Origin: Bacteriovoracia bacterium
GTDB taxonomy: Bacteria; Bdellovibrionota; UBA1018; JBFWNL01
Length of the DNA stretch: 64,000 nt
Direction of reading: 5' to 3'
NCBI GenBank assembly: GCA_050251055.1
Contig: JBFWNL010000007.1
Location: forward strand, 128,001-192,000
This document shows positions 38,069 to 47,625 of the stretch, in pieces (position 1 is the stretch's first letter; each line of letters starts with the position of its first letter). A program made the position numbers and the translations under genes. The notes beneath the pieces are model-generated. The model did not search any database, was not told the origin of the DNA, and saw nothing but the letters and a program-made list of their open reading frames with translations.

Positions 38069-39832
38069 TTAGCGATAGCTAACGCCGATAACTTCGGAGC
38101 AGCCCCCTGTTGATTCTAGAATGACGCTACGGCGGCATTCCGGAGAGTGGGCAAGGAACCGAGTGTTTTCGAAAACTACATTCTCCGCCGTGAACGCGAA
38201 CTGAGGGTCACCGCGATAGTCGCGAAACAGCAGCGGTCCTGTACCGATTATGCTATTCTTCATGTATAGGTGTCTTGTAGTTCCGATAAACTGAGAGTTC
38301 GATCCATGGATGACCGAATCGATTACCGCCATGCCTTCGAGAACATAGCCTGCCTGGCCGCAAAGTAGCCCGAGAGTCCCACTCATTGGGGGCGTCGTCA
38401 GTCCATATAGAATGATATTGTATTGGTCGACATTGGTGCCGGTCATGTATACGTCTGGGTGTAGGGTGCTGTCCCGCGCGTCGATTCCCCAGGCATGTGA
38501 ATTGATTACGGCGCCTGACAGGCTGAAAGGTTGTTGACCTAGGTTAAAAGCCACGACCCCGCGAACCAGTTCCGATCCTTTCGGGCCATCAACGCTGTCA
38601 TGATAGATAGAATTGATTACATATACGAAACCGAAACCGCCATGCCAGCCTAAGCCTGCCGAGTGGGTTGGGTCGGTGCCAGCGAATTCTACATCCTCTA
38701 TCCATAGGTGGCCGTTGTCTATATTCGTGTTGATGGCGCCACCAGTCGTTACTTTCAGCCTTTGTAGTCGTATCTTCTGTGCACTGAGCCCCCAGGTGGA
38801 ACCGCCCACAATACGTACGTCTGAATGCGGTACGCCGGGCGCGGCGCTTATAGTGAGATAACGGTCTCGCGTTTCGTTCGCGTAGCTAATGGGGTCGTTA
38901 AATAGATAGTCTCCTTTTTCTAAGTAGACAGTGCCTCCATCGAGTCGGCCACCATTGTTGGATTTGATGGCCTGGAGGGCGCTAAAAATTTCACGAAAAG
39001 GCCGTGCGCGCGTCCCGTCACCGCCCGGTGTGCCGTTTGGTGAAACATACGCCACAGGACGAGGAGCATCTCCGCGGTTCACATATACGAACGACGAACC
39101 TACTTCAGGTTCGCTTACAATGTCACGTACTGGATATGATCGGGATTTGATCCCTCCTAGAACCCGGGGAATACCGGCGCCTTTCGGGTAGGCGACAGCT
39201 CGAAGTTCACTCAGCCGGTTCGTGGAATATCGGGTAGGGTCTAGCCGAACGAAGTACTCCACGACGCCCGACTCGGGATTTAAAGCGGATTTTCGGACCG
39301 TCGCTACCGGCCCGGAGTCGGCGCTGAACTCGACCCGATCGATGCCGTTAACGTGGAAAGCGACCACGCCGATCAACCCCGGAGCTGGCCCTACGTCGCG
39401 GTATGAAACTGTATCCCAGCGCGCAATCACCTTGGCCGAATGTCCGGGCTGTCCGGGTTGGCCAATTGGCATCGGTTCCCAGTGCTCGCCGGCGGGAAAT
39501 CCTTGGCCTGGATGCAAAGTCGGCGTTGAATCCTCGCACGCCGTTAGTTCGGCCAGGTTATAGGCGATTAGAAAAGCGAGATAGTCCTGGGAGTCGCAAC
39601 GGTCGTCACTGTTCAGATCGCAGTTCCCCGCGGCGTAACGATTTAGGAACTCCTGGTAGTCGGCGTTGGAGACTTCACCGTCTGCGTCTAGGTCAGGACA
39701 GATTGCTTGCGGCGCGGTAATCTTGGAATGGCGAGTCTCGACATGGTTTCCCAGATCCAAGCAAGCGGTGAGGTAGAGGAGGCCGCAAACTTGACATAGT
39801 CCTCGGATCGTTCTGTTCGTCAATCGCATCAT
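38069..39832 (-). CDS. Lipoprotein with dockerin/EF-hand-like pair and C-terminal beta-helix (pectin-lyase-like) domain
   Basis: Lipobox LTAC; CPDLDADGEVSNADYQEFL...CDLNSDDRCDSQDYLAFL; YVSPNG...GDGTRARPFREI beta-helix cap; RBS GAGGAAGG before the ATG at 39832. Confidence 0.7.
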   Translation of the reverse strand: MMRLTNRTIRGLCQVCGLLYLTACLDLGNHVETRHSKITAPQAICPDLDADGEVSNADYQEFLNRYAAGNCDLNSDDRCDSQDYLAFLIAYNLAELTACEDSTPTLHPGQGFPAGEHWEPMPIGQPGQPGHSAKVIARWDTVSYRDVGPAPGLIGVVAFHVNGIDRVEFSADSGPVATVRKSALNPESGVVEYFVRLDPTRYSTNRLSELRAVAYPKGAGIPRVLGGIKSRSYPVRDIVSEPEVGSSFVYVNRGDAPRPVAYVSPNGTPGGDGTRARPFREIFSALQAIKSNNGGRLDGGTVYLEKGDYLFNDPISYANETRDRYLTISAAPGVPHSDVRIVGGSTWGLSAQKIRLQRLKVTTGGAINTNIDNGHLWIEDVEFAGTDPTHSAGLGWHGGFGFVYVINSIYHDSVDGPKGSELVRGVVAFNLGQQPFSLSGAVINSHAWGIDARDSTLHPDVYMTGTNVDQYNIILYGLTTPPMSGTLGLLCGQAGYVLEGMAVIDSVIHGSNSQFIGTTRHLYMKNSIIGTGPLLFRDYRGDPQFAFTAENVVFENTRFLAHSPECRRSVILESTGGCSEVIGVSYR

Positions 39833-39845
39833 CTTGAATCCTTCC

Positions 39846-42074
39846 TCAAGGGGCAAACTGCAAGCATTGAACATCGCACTCGATAGCGGTGGCCTCGTGC
39901 CGGAAAAATAGGACTAGCCAACGGTCAGACACCGGATCGTAGTTCACGTGGCAACCGGCGCCTTGCCCTTTATGTGAATCGTTGGCTGCTCCGGGGCAGC
40001 GATTCACAGTAACGTAGGGGTTTTCCGAGCAATCGCGTCCCAGCGACCGCCCAAGAGGTTCCCACTTAGAGCCTGGATCATTGTCGTAAACTCGGTATGA
40101 GTCAGGAAAGTATGATTGGGCTTGATACTTAATGGCGCAAAATGCCGGTTTGAAGGTGGACGGCGGTGGCGTGCCCACTGGGGTGTTTAGGATCATATTT
40201 GTGTTTGAATCAAGTACGATCATGTGCACCTCGTAGTCACGCGATGTGTATTCACCAAGCTGGTTGGTGGGCGGGACCGAAGGAGTCATACAATTTGGCG
40301 CTGGCGCGAATGTACCCTCGATCTTGGTGTTACCCAACTTGATCTGGTTTGCGGCACAATGTGCTAGGCTCGCTTCAAAACGGACGGCATTCACCCATAG
40401 CCATGGGCGTGACCATTTGGCGTCACCTTGGGAGGATGATGCCACCATGACGGATCCCGGGGTGGGGGCTGAACTGGGATCTGTAGTCGTTTCGTAGCGC
40501 AGCTGTTGTTTGAGGACTAGCCTCTCCTGCACTGTTACGTTGCCCCGAAAGTTAACTGCACCGAAGAATTCGGATGTCGCGCCGGCGCCTACGTTCAGCG
40601 AATGCGAGAACGATCCAGCTCCGGCCGCTACGTCCAACGGGGATGCGCTCCCGCGGTTCCAGAGGCTGACTGTCCGTACGGCGGGGTTGGTAGAGCCAAA
40701 CTCGATATCGCCACTCGTGTCCCCACCTATGTAGATTTTTGCCTTTTGACCTGAGTCGCTGATCACGCGGTTAGCGCCGATCAGCAGTTCGCCCTCGTGC
40801 AGGATCATGTCCCCGCGCCGGATGTCCATGTTGCCTTGTCGCAGATCCAGGTTGCCCGCGTCGTCGAGCACCATGCGATCAATTGGCGACTTGTTTTTGC
40901 CTAGAAAAGTGAAGCGGAGGTCGCTTTTCCCAACTTCGCTACCCCAGCTAATGACGGCGTCGCGGGTCGTTGGGTTTCCTGAGGAGTTATAGTATTCTCG
41001 AACCCCAAGCAGCGCCAGTGTTTCTCCCCATGCCAAACTAAGTCCACGAAAGCCATCGAGGTCGTTGCCGGTTGAACCCGCTGCCCGAGTATCGCTTCGG
41101 ACAGTATTCTGCATGTCGAGCGAAATGGTGCCTGCGTCAGGCCCCCCCAAACCTTGGCGCCATGGGCCTTCCGTTACGAGACCGCCCACGTCAGTCTCGC
41201 CTAAGAGGACATCTCGTGCTGTGAAATTGGAAGCCACCGGTAATTTCAAAAGCAGGCAGGGTGGATTTCGTGTCCCATCATAAGTTCCGCCTAAAACCTC
41301 ACATGAATCTCGCACGTCGACCGTTGGGGCTTGCGCCCCGGCGGAGTAACACTCGGTGATGGGCTGGGCGCCTGTGCCTGGTATCGTTAGTATCGTGAGC
41401 CCAACACGGTGAAGTAATTGGTAAGCGCCTTGCGCTTGGCGATTGGTGCCTTTCTGTGGATCTTCGTAGGTCACGAGGAGTTCCGCGAATGTGCGATTGC
41501 GGGTTTGGCCGTCGACAGTGACTTGAGTTTTGCCGGCAAGATTCACGAAGTTCATATCCTTGAACAAGAGGCCGCCGGACTGCTTGCCAATCCGGACGAT
41601 CTCGTCCGGTTCTTTGCCGGGGCCCTGGTCCACTACTACGCGGCGAAGGTTACCCGATGACGGTTGTGGAGCTCCGATAGGAGCGTCTGCATCCAAGCGG
41701 GCTGCCGAGTCACTTCCTGGATCCGTACGGCCAGAATTCGTTCTCTGTAGTGCCAATGCGCAGCGGCCAGGGTCGCCCAGGACTTGACGAATCAGCATTG
41801 TGGTTGCCTGCGCATCTTGCTTGAATTGAGCTCCCCGCATTCCCTGGTTGAGATAGTTCACGGTGGAGGCTACGGCCAAGCTGAGCATTCCAGCCAGTCC
41901 AATGGCGAGCAGCACTTCGATTAGGCTCAGGCCTGAGTTTTGGGGCGGGTTCTGCGCCGGTTCGGTGTATCTTGGGGCCATGGAGCGAGTGGGCAACTCG
42001 CTCTTTCCAATCGGCGCAGAACCCGTTCTCTTTCGAGAAATTTCTTTCCAGTCTGGTAACCCCATCTCGTTCAA
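39846..42074 (-). CDS. 742-aa type IV prepilin-like protein with long fibre/adhesin-like C-terminus
   Basis: Class III signal G|LSLIEVLLAIGLAGMLSLAV with Glu5; Gly-rich beta segments RMVLDDAGNL and GSVMVASSSQGDAKW; Cys-rich tip. Confidence 0.75.
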   Translation of the reverse strand: MNEMGLPDWKEISRKRTGSAPIGKSELPTRSMAPRYTEPAQNPPQNSGLSLIEVLLAIGLAGMLSLAVASTVNYLNQGMRGAQFKQDAQATTMLIRQVLGDPGRCALALQRTNSGRTDPGSDSAARLDADAPIGAPQPSSGNLRRVVVDQGPGKEPDEIVRIGKQSGGLLFKDMNFVNLAGKTQVTVDGQTRNRTFAELLVTYEDPQKGTNRQAQGAYQLLHRVGLTILTIPGTGAQPITECYSAGAQAPTVDVRDSCEVLGGTYDGTRNPPCLLLKLPVASNFTARDVLLGETDVGGLVTEGPWRQGLGGPDAGTISLDMQNTVRSDTRAAGSTGNDLDGFRGLSLAWGETLALLGVREYYNSSGNPTTRDAVISWGSEVGKSDLRFTFLGKNKSPIDRMVLDDAGNLDLRQGNMDIRRGDMILHEGELLIGANRVISDSGQKAKIYIGGDTSGDIEFGSTNPAVRTVSLWNRGSASPLDVAAGAGSFSHSLNVGAGATSEFFGAVNFRGNVTVQERLVLKQQLRYETTTDPSSAPTPGSVMVASSSQGDAKWSRPWLWVNAVRFEASLAHCAANQIKLGNTKIEGTFAPAPNCMTPSVPPTNQLGEYTSRDYEVHMIVLDSNTNMILNTPVGTPPPSTFKPAFCAIKYQAQSYFPDSYRVYDNDPGSKWEPLGRSLGRDCSENPYVTVNRCPGAANDSHKGQGAGCHVNYDPVSDRWLVLFFRHEATAIECDVQCLQFAP

Positions 42075-42120
42075 TTCCCCTCGTCTTGAATGAGATAAGA
42101 TTATGACGCATTGAGTTGTT

Positions 42121-42420
42121 AATCAACAAAAATGTTTTTAAATAGTAAAAACTTTAAATAAAAATTATACAAAAAATATTTTAAATCAAATAGTTAAGTT
42201 TATAAAAATTTTATATTTATATTTATGCTGTAAAATTGTAAAATAAATCAAAAATTAGCACAGATGAGCAGATTGGGCGTATTTTTACTTATCAAATGGT
42301 AAAAAAGATAAAAATATATATAACTATTTAATATTATTTAATTATTTATAAAATTTTTTTCTATTTTAAATACATAATTGAATAATTGAGGCAATGCGTT
42401 ATAATTTAAGAAGTCACTAA
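42121..42420. promoter_or_regulatory. Extremely AT-rich divergent control region
   Basis: Hand count 47 G+C in 300 nt (about 16%); exact IHF consensus AATCAAATAGTTA at 42184-42196; TTGAAT-N16-TATAAT at 42378-42405. Confidence 0.75.
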
Positions 42421-42428
42421 ATAGATCG

Positions 42429-43319
42429 TTGCTTCGTGTGGGGTTTGAAGAATTGAATCTCTTGAATAAAAGCAAGCGCAGCCCGGACCTCTATACCTTT
42501 TTGGATTATAGGAAGTATCTGCGGGACTGGGTGGTGAGCGAAAAGAAGCACCGAGGGAGCTACTCTCTGCACCAGCTTTCGCGGGAGGCCGGGCTGTCGG
42601 TCGCGCACTTGCCTCTGATCTTGGATCATGAACGAACTATGACGGCCGAGGTCCAGGCCCGATTGGCGCCTGTCCTTGGGCTTGAAGGGGAGTCGCTGGA
42701 GTATTTCGGGACTTTGCGTGCGCTGAATGACAGTCCCGATTTCGAAGTGAGGCTGCGAGCTCTGCGCCAGGCTCAGAAGGCTAGAAAATTTCGCAAAAAT
42801 AACCCAAGAGAAGTGGAGGCTTATCGTTACCTCACCCGTTGGTACAATGTGGCCATTCGAGAAATGGCGGCATTACCTGGATTTCGACTGGAATGGAGCT
42901 GGATTCAAAAGCATTTGCGCAAACTAGTTCCCCGACGGGAGATCGAAGCGGCTCTTCGCTTTCTTCAGCGTAATGGTTTTATCGCATTCAGCGAAGCCGA
43001 AAACCGAGCCTGGCTTCCGGAAAAAAAGGTGGACTGCGATGGCGGAGTCTACCGACTGACGATGGGGAAATTTCATGAGCAGATGTTGGCCCTTGCCGCT
43101 GACTCCATACATACCGTCGAGCGCGACGAGCGACGGATCCAGTCGTACACACTTGCCATCCATCACGAAAGTTTCGTGAAGATACAGGCAATAATTGATC
43201 GCGCCTACCAAGAGATCGCGATGGTTTCTAAACAGCAGGAATCGGAGAAGCTCGATACCGTATATCATGTGTTTTTTGGAGCTTTTCCACTCACGAAGAA
43301 GCAAGGAGGTACTCTGTGA
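42429..43319 (+). CDS. TIGR02147/DUF4423 family protein with N-terminal HTH-like region (start uncertain)
   Basis: FLDYRKYL, SLHQLSREAGLS, WYNVAIREMA, FHEQMLALAADSI, ERRIQSYT and VYHVFFGAFPLT motifs. Confidence 0.88.
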   Translation: MLRVGFEELNLLNKSKRSPDLYTFLDYRKYLRDWVVSEKKHRGSYSLHQLSREAGLSVAHLPLILDHERTMTAEVQARLAPVLGLEGESLEYFGTLRALNDSPDFEVRLRALRQAQKARKFRKNNPREVEAYRYLTRWYNVAIREMAALPGFRLEWSWIQKHLRKLVPRREIEAALRFLQRNGFIAFSEAENRAWLPEKKVDCDGGVYRLTMGKFHEQMLALAADSIHTVERDERRIQSYTLAIHHESFVKIQAIIDRAYQEIAMVSKQQESEKLDTVYHVFFGAFPLTKKQGGTL

Positions 43320-43894
43320 AAACTCCGACCACCTGTGTCTTTATATTGGTTGGTGCTTCTCTGCTGCTTTCAGGGTGCTACGACACCCTGGTTAGGAATC
43401 CCGAACGGTCTGTGCCTTTTGAGATCGTGATCATGCCACCGGCCGAGCCCGTCACTAGAGTTTCCTTGCAAGGGTGCTTGAATCCTTCCGTGGTTTTCAC
43501 GGACGATGCTGGCAATGCCTGGTTAGGCGCGTCTGAGCGCTCCCCCCAAGCTTTTGCGGTAAATTTGGCGGAACTGACTCAACCTGTTTCTTGGAGAGTC
43601 ATGGCGCCCTTAGGAAGTTATCGATTGAGTTTCCAGTTTGTAGCGGGTTGCGAATTCGTAGGAGCGCTAGAGGTTGAAAATCAGTTTGGTCGCTTCGTTG
43701 CTGAGAGGACTGTTAAGGTCGCAGTGACGGAGCGAGTTTCGGTTGAAAAAGACGGAAGAGTAGCGTTGTTCGTAGATAGGGCTGTCGGCGAAGCCAGAAA
43801 GATTCAAAACGAAACTGAATTCGAAATGTGGTTGAAGTCGGTTACGCTCTCTAGCGTTCCATCGAGTTACGGGAGAGCCGGGAGTCGACCGTAG
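43316..43894 (+). CDS. Hypothetical lipoprotein
   Basis: Lipobox LSGC, GGAGG RBS, GTGA overlap with the TIGR02147 gene. Confidence 0.7.
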   Translation: MKTPTTCVFILVGASLLLSGCYDTLVRNPERSVPFEIVIMPPAEPVTRVSLQGCLNPSVVFTDDAGNAWLGASERSPQAFAVNLAELTQPVSWRVMAPLGSYRLSFQFVAGCEFVGALEVENQFGRFVAERTVKVAVTERVSVEKDGRVALFVDRAVGEARKIQNETEFEMWLKSVTLSSVPSSYGRAGSRP

Positions 43895-43904
43895 AGTCCA
43901 TGAT

Positions 43905-44975
43905 ATGTCAATTTCCTATAGACCCTTTCTGGACTTCGTCCTGATTGTTTCGTGTGTTGTGTTTTTTGGATGCGGCGCACGACTTAAGCGTCCTGTTCAC
44001 ATCCAGTCCGTCCTTACCCTTTCTTACCCAGGAAAAGTCCGGTTTTTCACTCTGGAGGCCAATGGCGCACTTGGCAAGGAGGCAATTGTTTCTCTGGGTA
44101 ATTCTGGTGAAGAAGCGACTTTGCATGATGTATCTCCGCAAGTCTTCATCGCCGTTTTCTCTGACCGTGTTGAAACCTATCGAAAAACTGCTCGATTTCT
44201 CCCTCCGTATTTTACCCGAATCGCCACATTTCCCGCAAATTGCATCAAAGGCTCTACTCACAGACGGGGGGCGGTTTTTATCTGGAATAGCGGCTGTGCT
44301 GGCGGGGCTAACTACTTGTTGGAGGTTGACGGAAGTACGGGTGCCATCGTGGCTTATGGAAACGGGGGTGTATATACTACCGATCGATTTCTATTCAGTT
44401 ATAGCGGTGGCTACCTTTTTGCGCCTAACTTTATAGCTGGAAACATCACCGCTTACCTTCACGATTCTTCGGCCCACGTCTTCTTGGGGCAGGTCTCGGG
44501 GCCGGCCTGTAACGGTTCTTTTTGTCGAATGGCCGCAGTATTTCCGGACGAGCATGTCGTGGTGGCTAGGTCGCCGGCCGACGTGGTCGATCTGTACAGT
44601 TATGATAGCAGCGGCATTACTATCTTGAAAACCTTAGGTGCTGTTGATGGAATCTTGGACTCTCCGGAGAGACCAGTTGCGTCAGTACAGGGCGATCAGG
44701 CACTGGTGCTTTACCGCGGTATAAATGAGATGAAAATTACGTTGCTCGACGTGGGTATCGAGACGATGGGGGTTCGGGCCACATCGGATTTGGTCAACAC
44801 GATTAACCATGCAGCATTTAGTCCGGACGGAAAAAATATCTACGTCGAACGCGATTCCCGAGAGTTGATTCGAATCGTCATCGATGAAACTAATCTCAGT
44901 GTTGTGGACGCTCGTTCACTGGAAGAGGCTTCCGTTCCAGCGGATATGCAAATAGTACGATTCTACCTGGATTGA
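43905..44975 (+). CDS. Hypothetical lipoprotein, probable beta-propeller
   Basis: FFGC lipobox-like site; blade motifs FSYSGGYLFAPN and AAFSPDGKNIYV. Confidence 0.65.
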   Translation: MSISYRPFLDFVLIVSCVVFFGCGARLKRPVHIQSVLTLSYPGKVRFFTLEANGALGKEAIVSLGNSGEEATLHDVSPQVFIAVFSDRVETYRKTARFLPPYFTRIATFPANCIKGSTHRRGAVFIWNSGCAGGANYLLEVDGSTGAIVAYGNGGVYTTDRFLFSYSGGYLFAPNFIAGNITAYLHDSSAHVFLGQVSGPACNGSFCRMAAVFPDEHVVVARSPADVVDLYSYDSSGITILKTLGAVDGILDSPERPVASVQGDQALVLYRGINEMKITLLDVGIETMGVRATSDLVNTINHAAFSPDGKNIYVERDSRELIRIVIDETNLSVVDARSLEEASVPADMQIVRFYLD

Positions 44976-44994
44976 CTTTACAGCAAGGCTAGTT

Positions 44995-46074
44995 TTATTC
45001 GCCTTCCGTAAGCGCGTAAATCGCGAACTGGGGTACCCAGTGGTCGTAGTCGCGATAATTTCCCGCCGACTTGAGATGAGTCGCCCAACCGGCGGCAACG
45101 TGGCGCTCGTAAGCCTGATTCAGCTGCTTGCGGGTTTCGCCACCTACCGTGCGGCGGGCGGCCGCGTGGATGGCCCAGGCGCGACTCCAGTTCATGCCCA
45201 TGCCGTGGGCATTCGCGGGTCGCACCGGGTTCAGGCTACGGAAGTTGAAGGGATGCTGGTCGATAAAAGCGCGGAAATCTCCGTCCACTGCCGTCGTCGT
45301 CACAAGGTAAAGCCAGTTGCCGAAGCGGGAAAAGAACTCGTCGTTCCGGTCGTCCCCGAATCCTAGGTCGAATTCGGACTTCAGGAAGCCTTTCTCGATG
45401 ATGGCTTCCGTTTTGGCCAGGCCTTCGCCGTCCCCGATCGAAACGTAATAGGCGTGGAGCTGCGCGAGCGCCCACGAGGCGTTGGCATATTCGGGAAGCG
45501 TTGGATCAGCGCCCTGTTTGGAGAAATATTCTAGAAGCGAGCGCGCGATCTCATTGGCCATCGGCTGGAGGCGATTGGTGTCGAAGCGATCGGCAATCTC
45601 GGCCCACTGTTTGAATTCGATCGCTAGCCGCAGGTACCAGGCGCGTCCGTAAGGCATTTCGAAGTCCGGATGATCCACTAGGTTTTGCGCTTCCAGGAGG
45701 AGTAGGCGCGGGTTCAGCGCGCGGTCGACGGCGGCGGCTTCGGCCGCAAATTCCCCGCTGGCGCGGGCGGCCCGCAAGATTGCCCAGTGGGCGTGGACCG
45801 CGGAGTGCCAATCCCAGCAGCCGTGGAAGATCGGGAAGCTCGTGTCCGGTTGCTCGATGCAACGGGAGACAATGGGGACGAGCTCGGCGAACATCGACTC
45901 GCGGTCGGGAATCAGAAATTCGGGTTTTTCCGTCTTCAGCTCCACCGGCTGGGTATCGCCCGATTTTTTGGGCACGGAATAGGAAGGGCTCTGGCAAGCA
46001 AAAATGGCGAGTGCCGAAACGAGCAAGCAGGCGGACCGGGTCCGCACGAATCTAATATTCATATTTCCCCCCAA
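44995..46074 (-). CDS. DUF2891 family lipoprotein
   Basis: FHGCWDWHSAVHAHW, FEMPYGRAW, HGMGMNWSRAW and HWVPQFA motifs; IFAC lipobox. Confidence 0.85.
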   Translation of the reverse strand: MGGNMNIRFVRTRSACLLVSALAIFACQSPSYSVPKKSGDTQPVELKTEKPEFLIPDRESMFAELVPIVSRCIEQPDTSFPIFHGCWDWHSAVHAHWAILRAARASGEFAAEAAAVDRALNPRLLLLEAQNLVDHPDFEMPYGRAWYLRLAIEFKQWAEIADRFDTNRLQPMANEIARSLLEYFSKQGADPTLPEYANASWALAQLHAYYVSIGDGEGLAKTEAIIEKGFLKSEFDLGFGDDRNDEFFSRFGNWLYLVTTTAVDGDFRAFIDQHPFNFRSLNPVRPANAHGMGMNWSRAWAIHAAARRTVGGETRKQLNQAYERHVAAGWATHLKSAGNYRDYDHWVPQFAIYALTEGE

Positions 46075-46362
46075 AACAATTCTCGAGCGATTTCGCCTAA
46101 GTGCGTGCCTCGAATAACACGGAGCAATGGTACGGTCTAGTTTTCAAATGATTACAAAAAAACCTGGGTCTTCAAAAATATTCCATATTTCTATATGCAT
46201 AATGCATTGCATAATAATGAAGGTCGGCGGTGGTTTGGAAAATTGGGTTTGTGCCGTTTTCGGGTGGAGCCGCGGGTTGTTTTCTCTGGTTCGTCAAGAT
46301 TTAGACGCCGGCTTTGGTAATGCTTCTAACGCGTAATCCCGAAGAGATTACTGAATCATTTC

Positions 46363-47625
46363 ATGGCGTCCATACCGGGAGTGAAGAGAACCTGGGTAGT
46401 GATGGTCCTGATGGGCGGAGGGCTAGCTGCGTCCGCTTGGGGCGAGAGCGTCACTTGGGAAGCGAGCGTGATGCAAGCGGGGGAGCAAAACGCCGAACTG
46501 CGCGCCGCTCGCGAATCCGTCGAGGCGGCGCGTGCCACGCGCAACTCGCGCTACAGTCCGTTCTTGCCACAGTTCACGGCCGCGCTCGGGTATAACTACG
46601 GTGAGGGCGCCACCGGGGGCTCGCGCACTTACTCCGCTTCCGTCACCGGTACGCAGAACCTGTTCAATGGCCTGGGAGACCGCGCGCAGCTGGATCAGGC
46701 ATCAGCGACGCTGCGCCAGAGCGAGGCGACCCTCGACCAAACCCGCGCCCGCGTGAGCTTTGATTTGCGCGCGTCTTACGCAGGCCTGCTTTACGCGCAG
46801 CGATCCGTGAAGTTGCAAGAAGAAATCATCCGACGCCGTAGCGACAACCTAAAGCTGGTACAACTGCGTTTCGAAAGCGGCCGTGAGAACCGGGGGTCGG
46901 CGCTGCTTTCCCAAGCCTACCTGAACCAGGCGAATTACGAACTCCTGCAGGCAAAGCATGCGATTTCTACCGCCCAATCCCAGCTAGCGAAAGCGCTGGG
47001 CCGGGACGCAGACGCGGAGCTGGTGGCGAGCCAGGACCTGCCTGAGACGGATCCGCCGATCGTGCCCGATTTTCGCGCGGCCTTGGGATTCACGCCCGAG
47101 CACCGACAGTCCATCGCGCAAGAGGAGGCGGCCGATGCGGCGGTGACTGCCGCACGTGCGGGTTTCTTCCCCACGCTGAACTTGACGGCCACAACCGGAC
47201 GCACCGGAGACCAATGGTTACCTCCGGACAGCCGCTGGTCGATCGGACTGAGTTTGAGTTTCCCATTTTTTTCGGGGGGGCGCGATTACTTCGGCACGCG
47301 TACGGCGCTTGCGAACTACAGCGCGGCGTCGCTCTCGCGCGTGAGTCAGGACCGCCAGCTAGTCGTCAAGCTCAAGCAGACGCATGCCGCTTTCGTAGAA
47401 GCCGTCGAAAAGTACAAGGTGGATGAAAGTTTTCTCGCGGCGGCGAAGTCGCGGGCGGAAATCGCGCGTAATAAGTATAACAACGGCCTGCTTAGCTTCG
47501 ACGATTGGGACATCATCGAAAATGACCTGATTTCCAGGCAGCGGAGTGTTCTCCAGAGTCAGCGCGAGCGAGCGCAGGCGGAAGCGGCCTGGTATCAGGC
47601 CTTGGGACAAGGAGTCGTGCCATGA
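46363..47625 (+). CDS. TolC family outer-membrane efflux protein
   Basis: Two OEP repeats (FLPQF..., FFPTLNL..., RFESG, KYNNG). Confidence 0.9.
   Translation: MASIPGVKRTWVVMVLMGGGLAASAWGESVTWEASVMQAGEQNAELRAARESVEAARATRNSRYSPFLPQFTAALGYNYGEGATGGSRTYSASVTGTQNLFNGLGDRAQLDQASATLRQSEATLDQTRARVSFDLRASYAGLLYAQRSVKLQEEIIRRRSDNLKLVQLRFESGRENRGSALLSQAYLNQANYELLQAKHAISTAQSQLAKALGRDADAELVASQDLPETDPPIVPDFRAALGFTPEHRQSIAQEEAADAAVTAARAGFFPTLNLTATTGRTGDQWLPPDSRWSIGLSLSFPFFSGGRDYFGTRTALANYSAASLSRVSQDRQLVVKLKQTHAAFVEAVEKYKVDESFLAAAKSRAEIARNKYNNGLLSFDDWDIIENDLISRQRSVLQSQRERAQAEAAWYQALGQGVVP

Noticed and set aside
42121-42420. Replication origin or DNA unwinding element
   Set aside because: No DnaA boxes (TTATCCACA) or iterons seen, and no dnaA, rep or par genes nearby
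46095-46110. Possible sigma54 promoter for the DUF2891 gene (minus-strand AGGCACGCACTTAGGC)
   Set aside because: GG-to-GC spacing is 11 rather than the required 10
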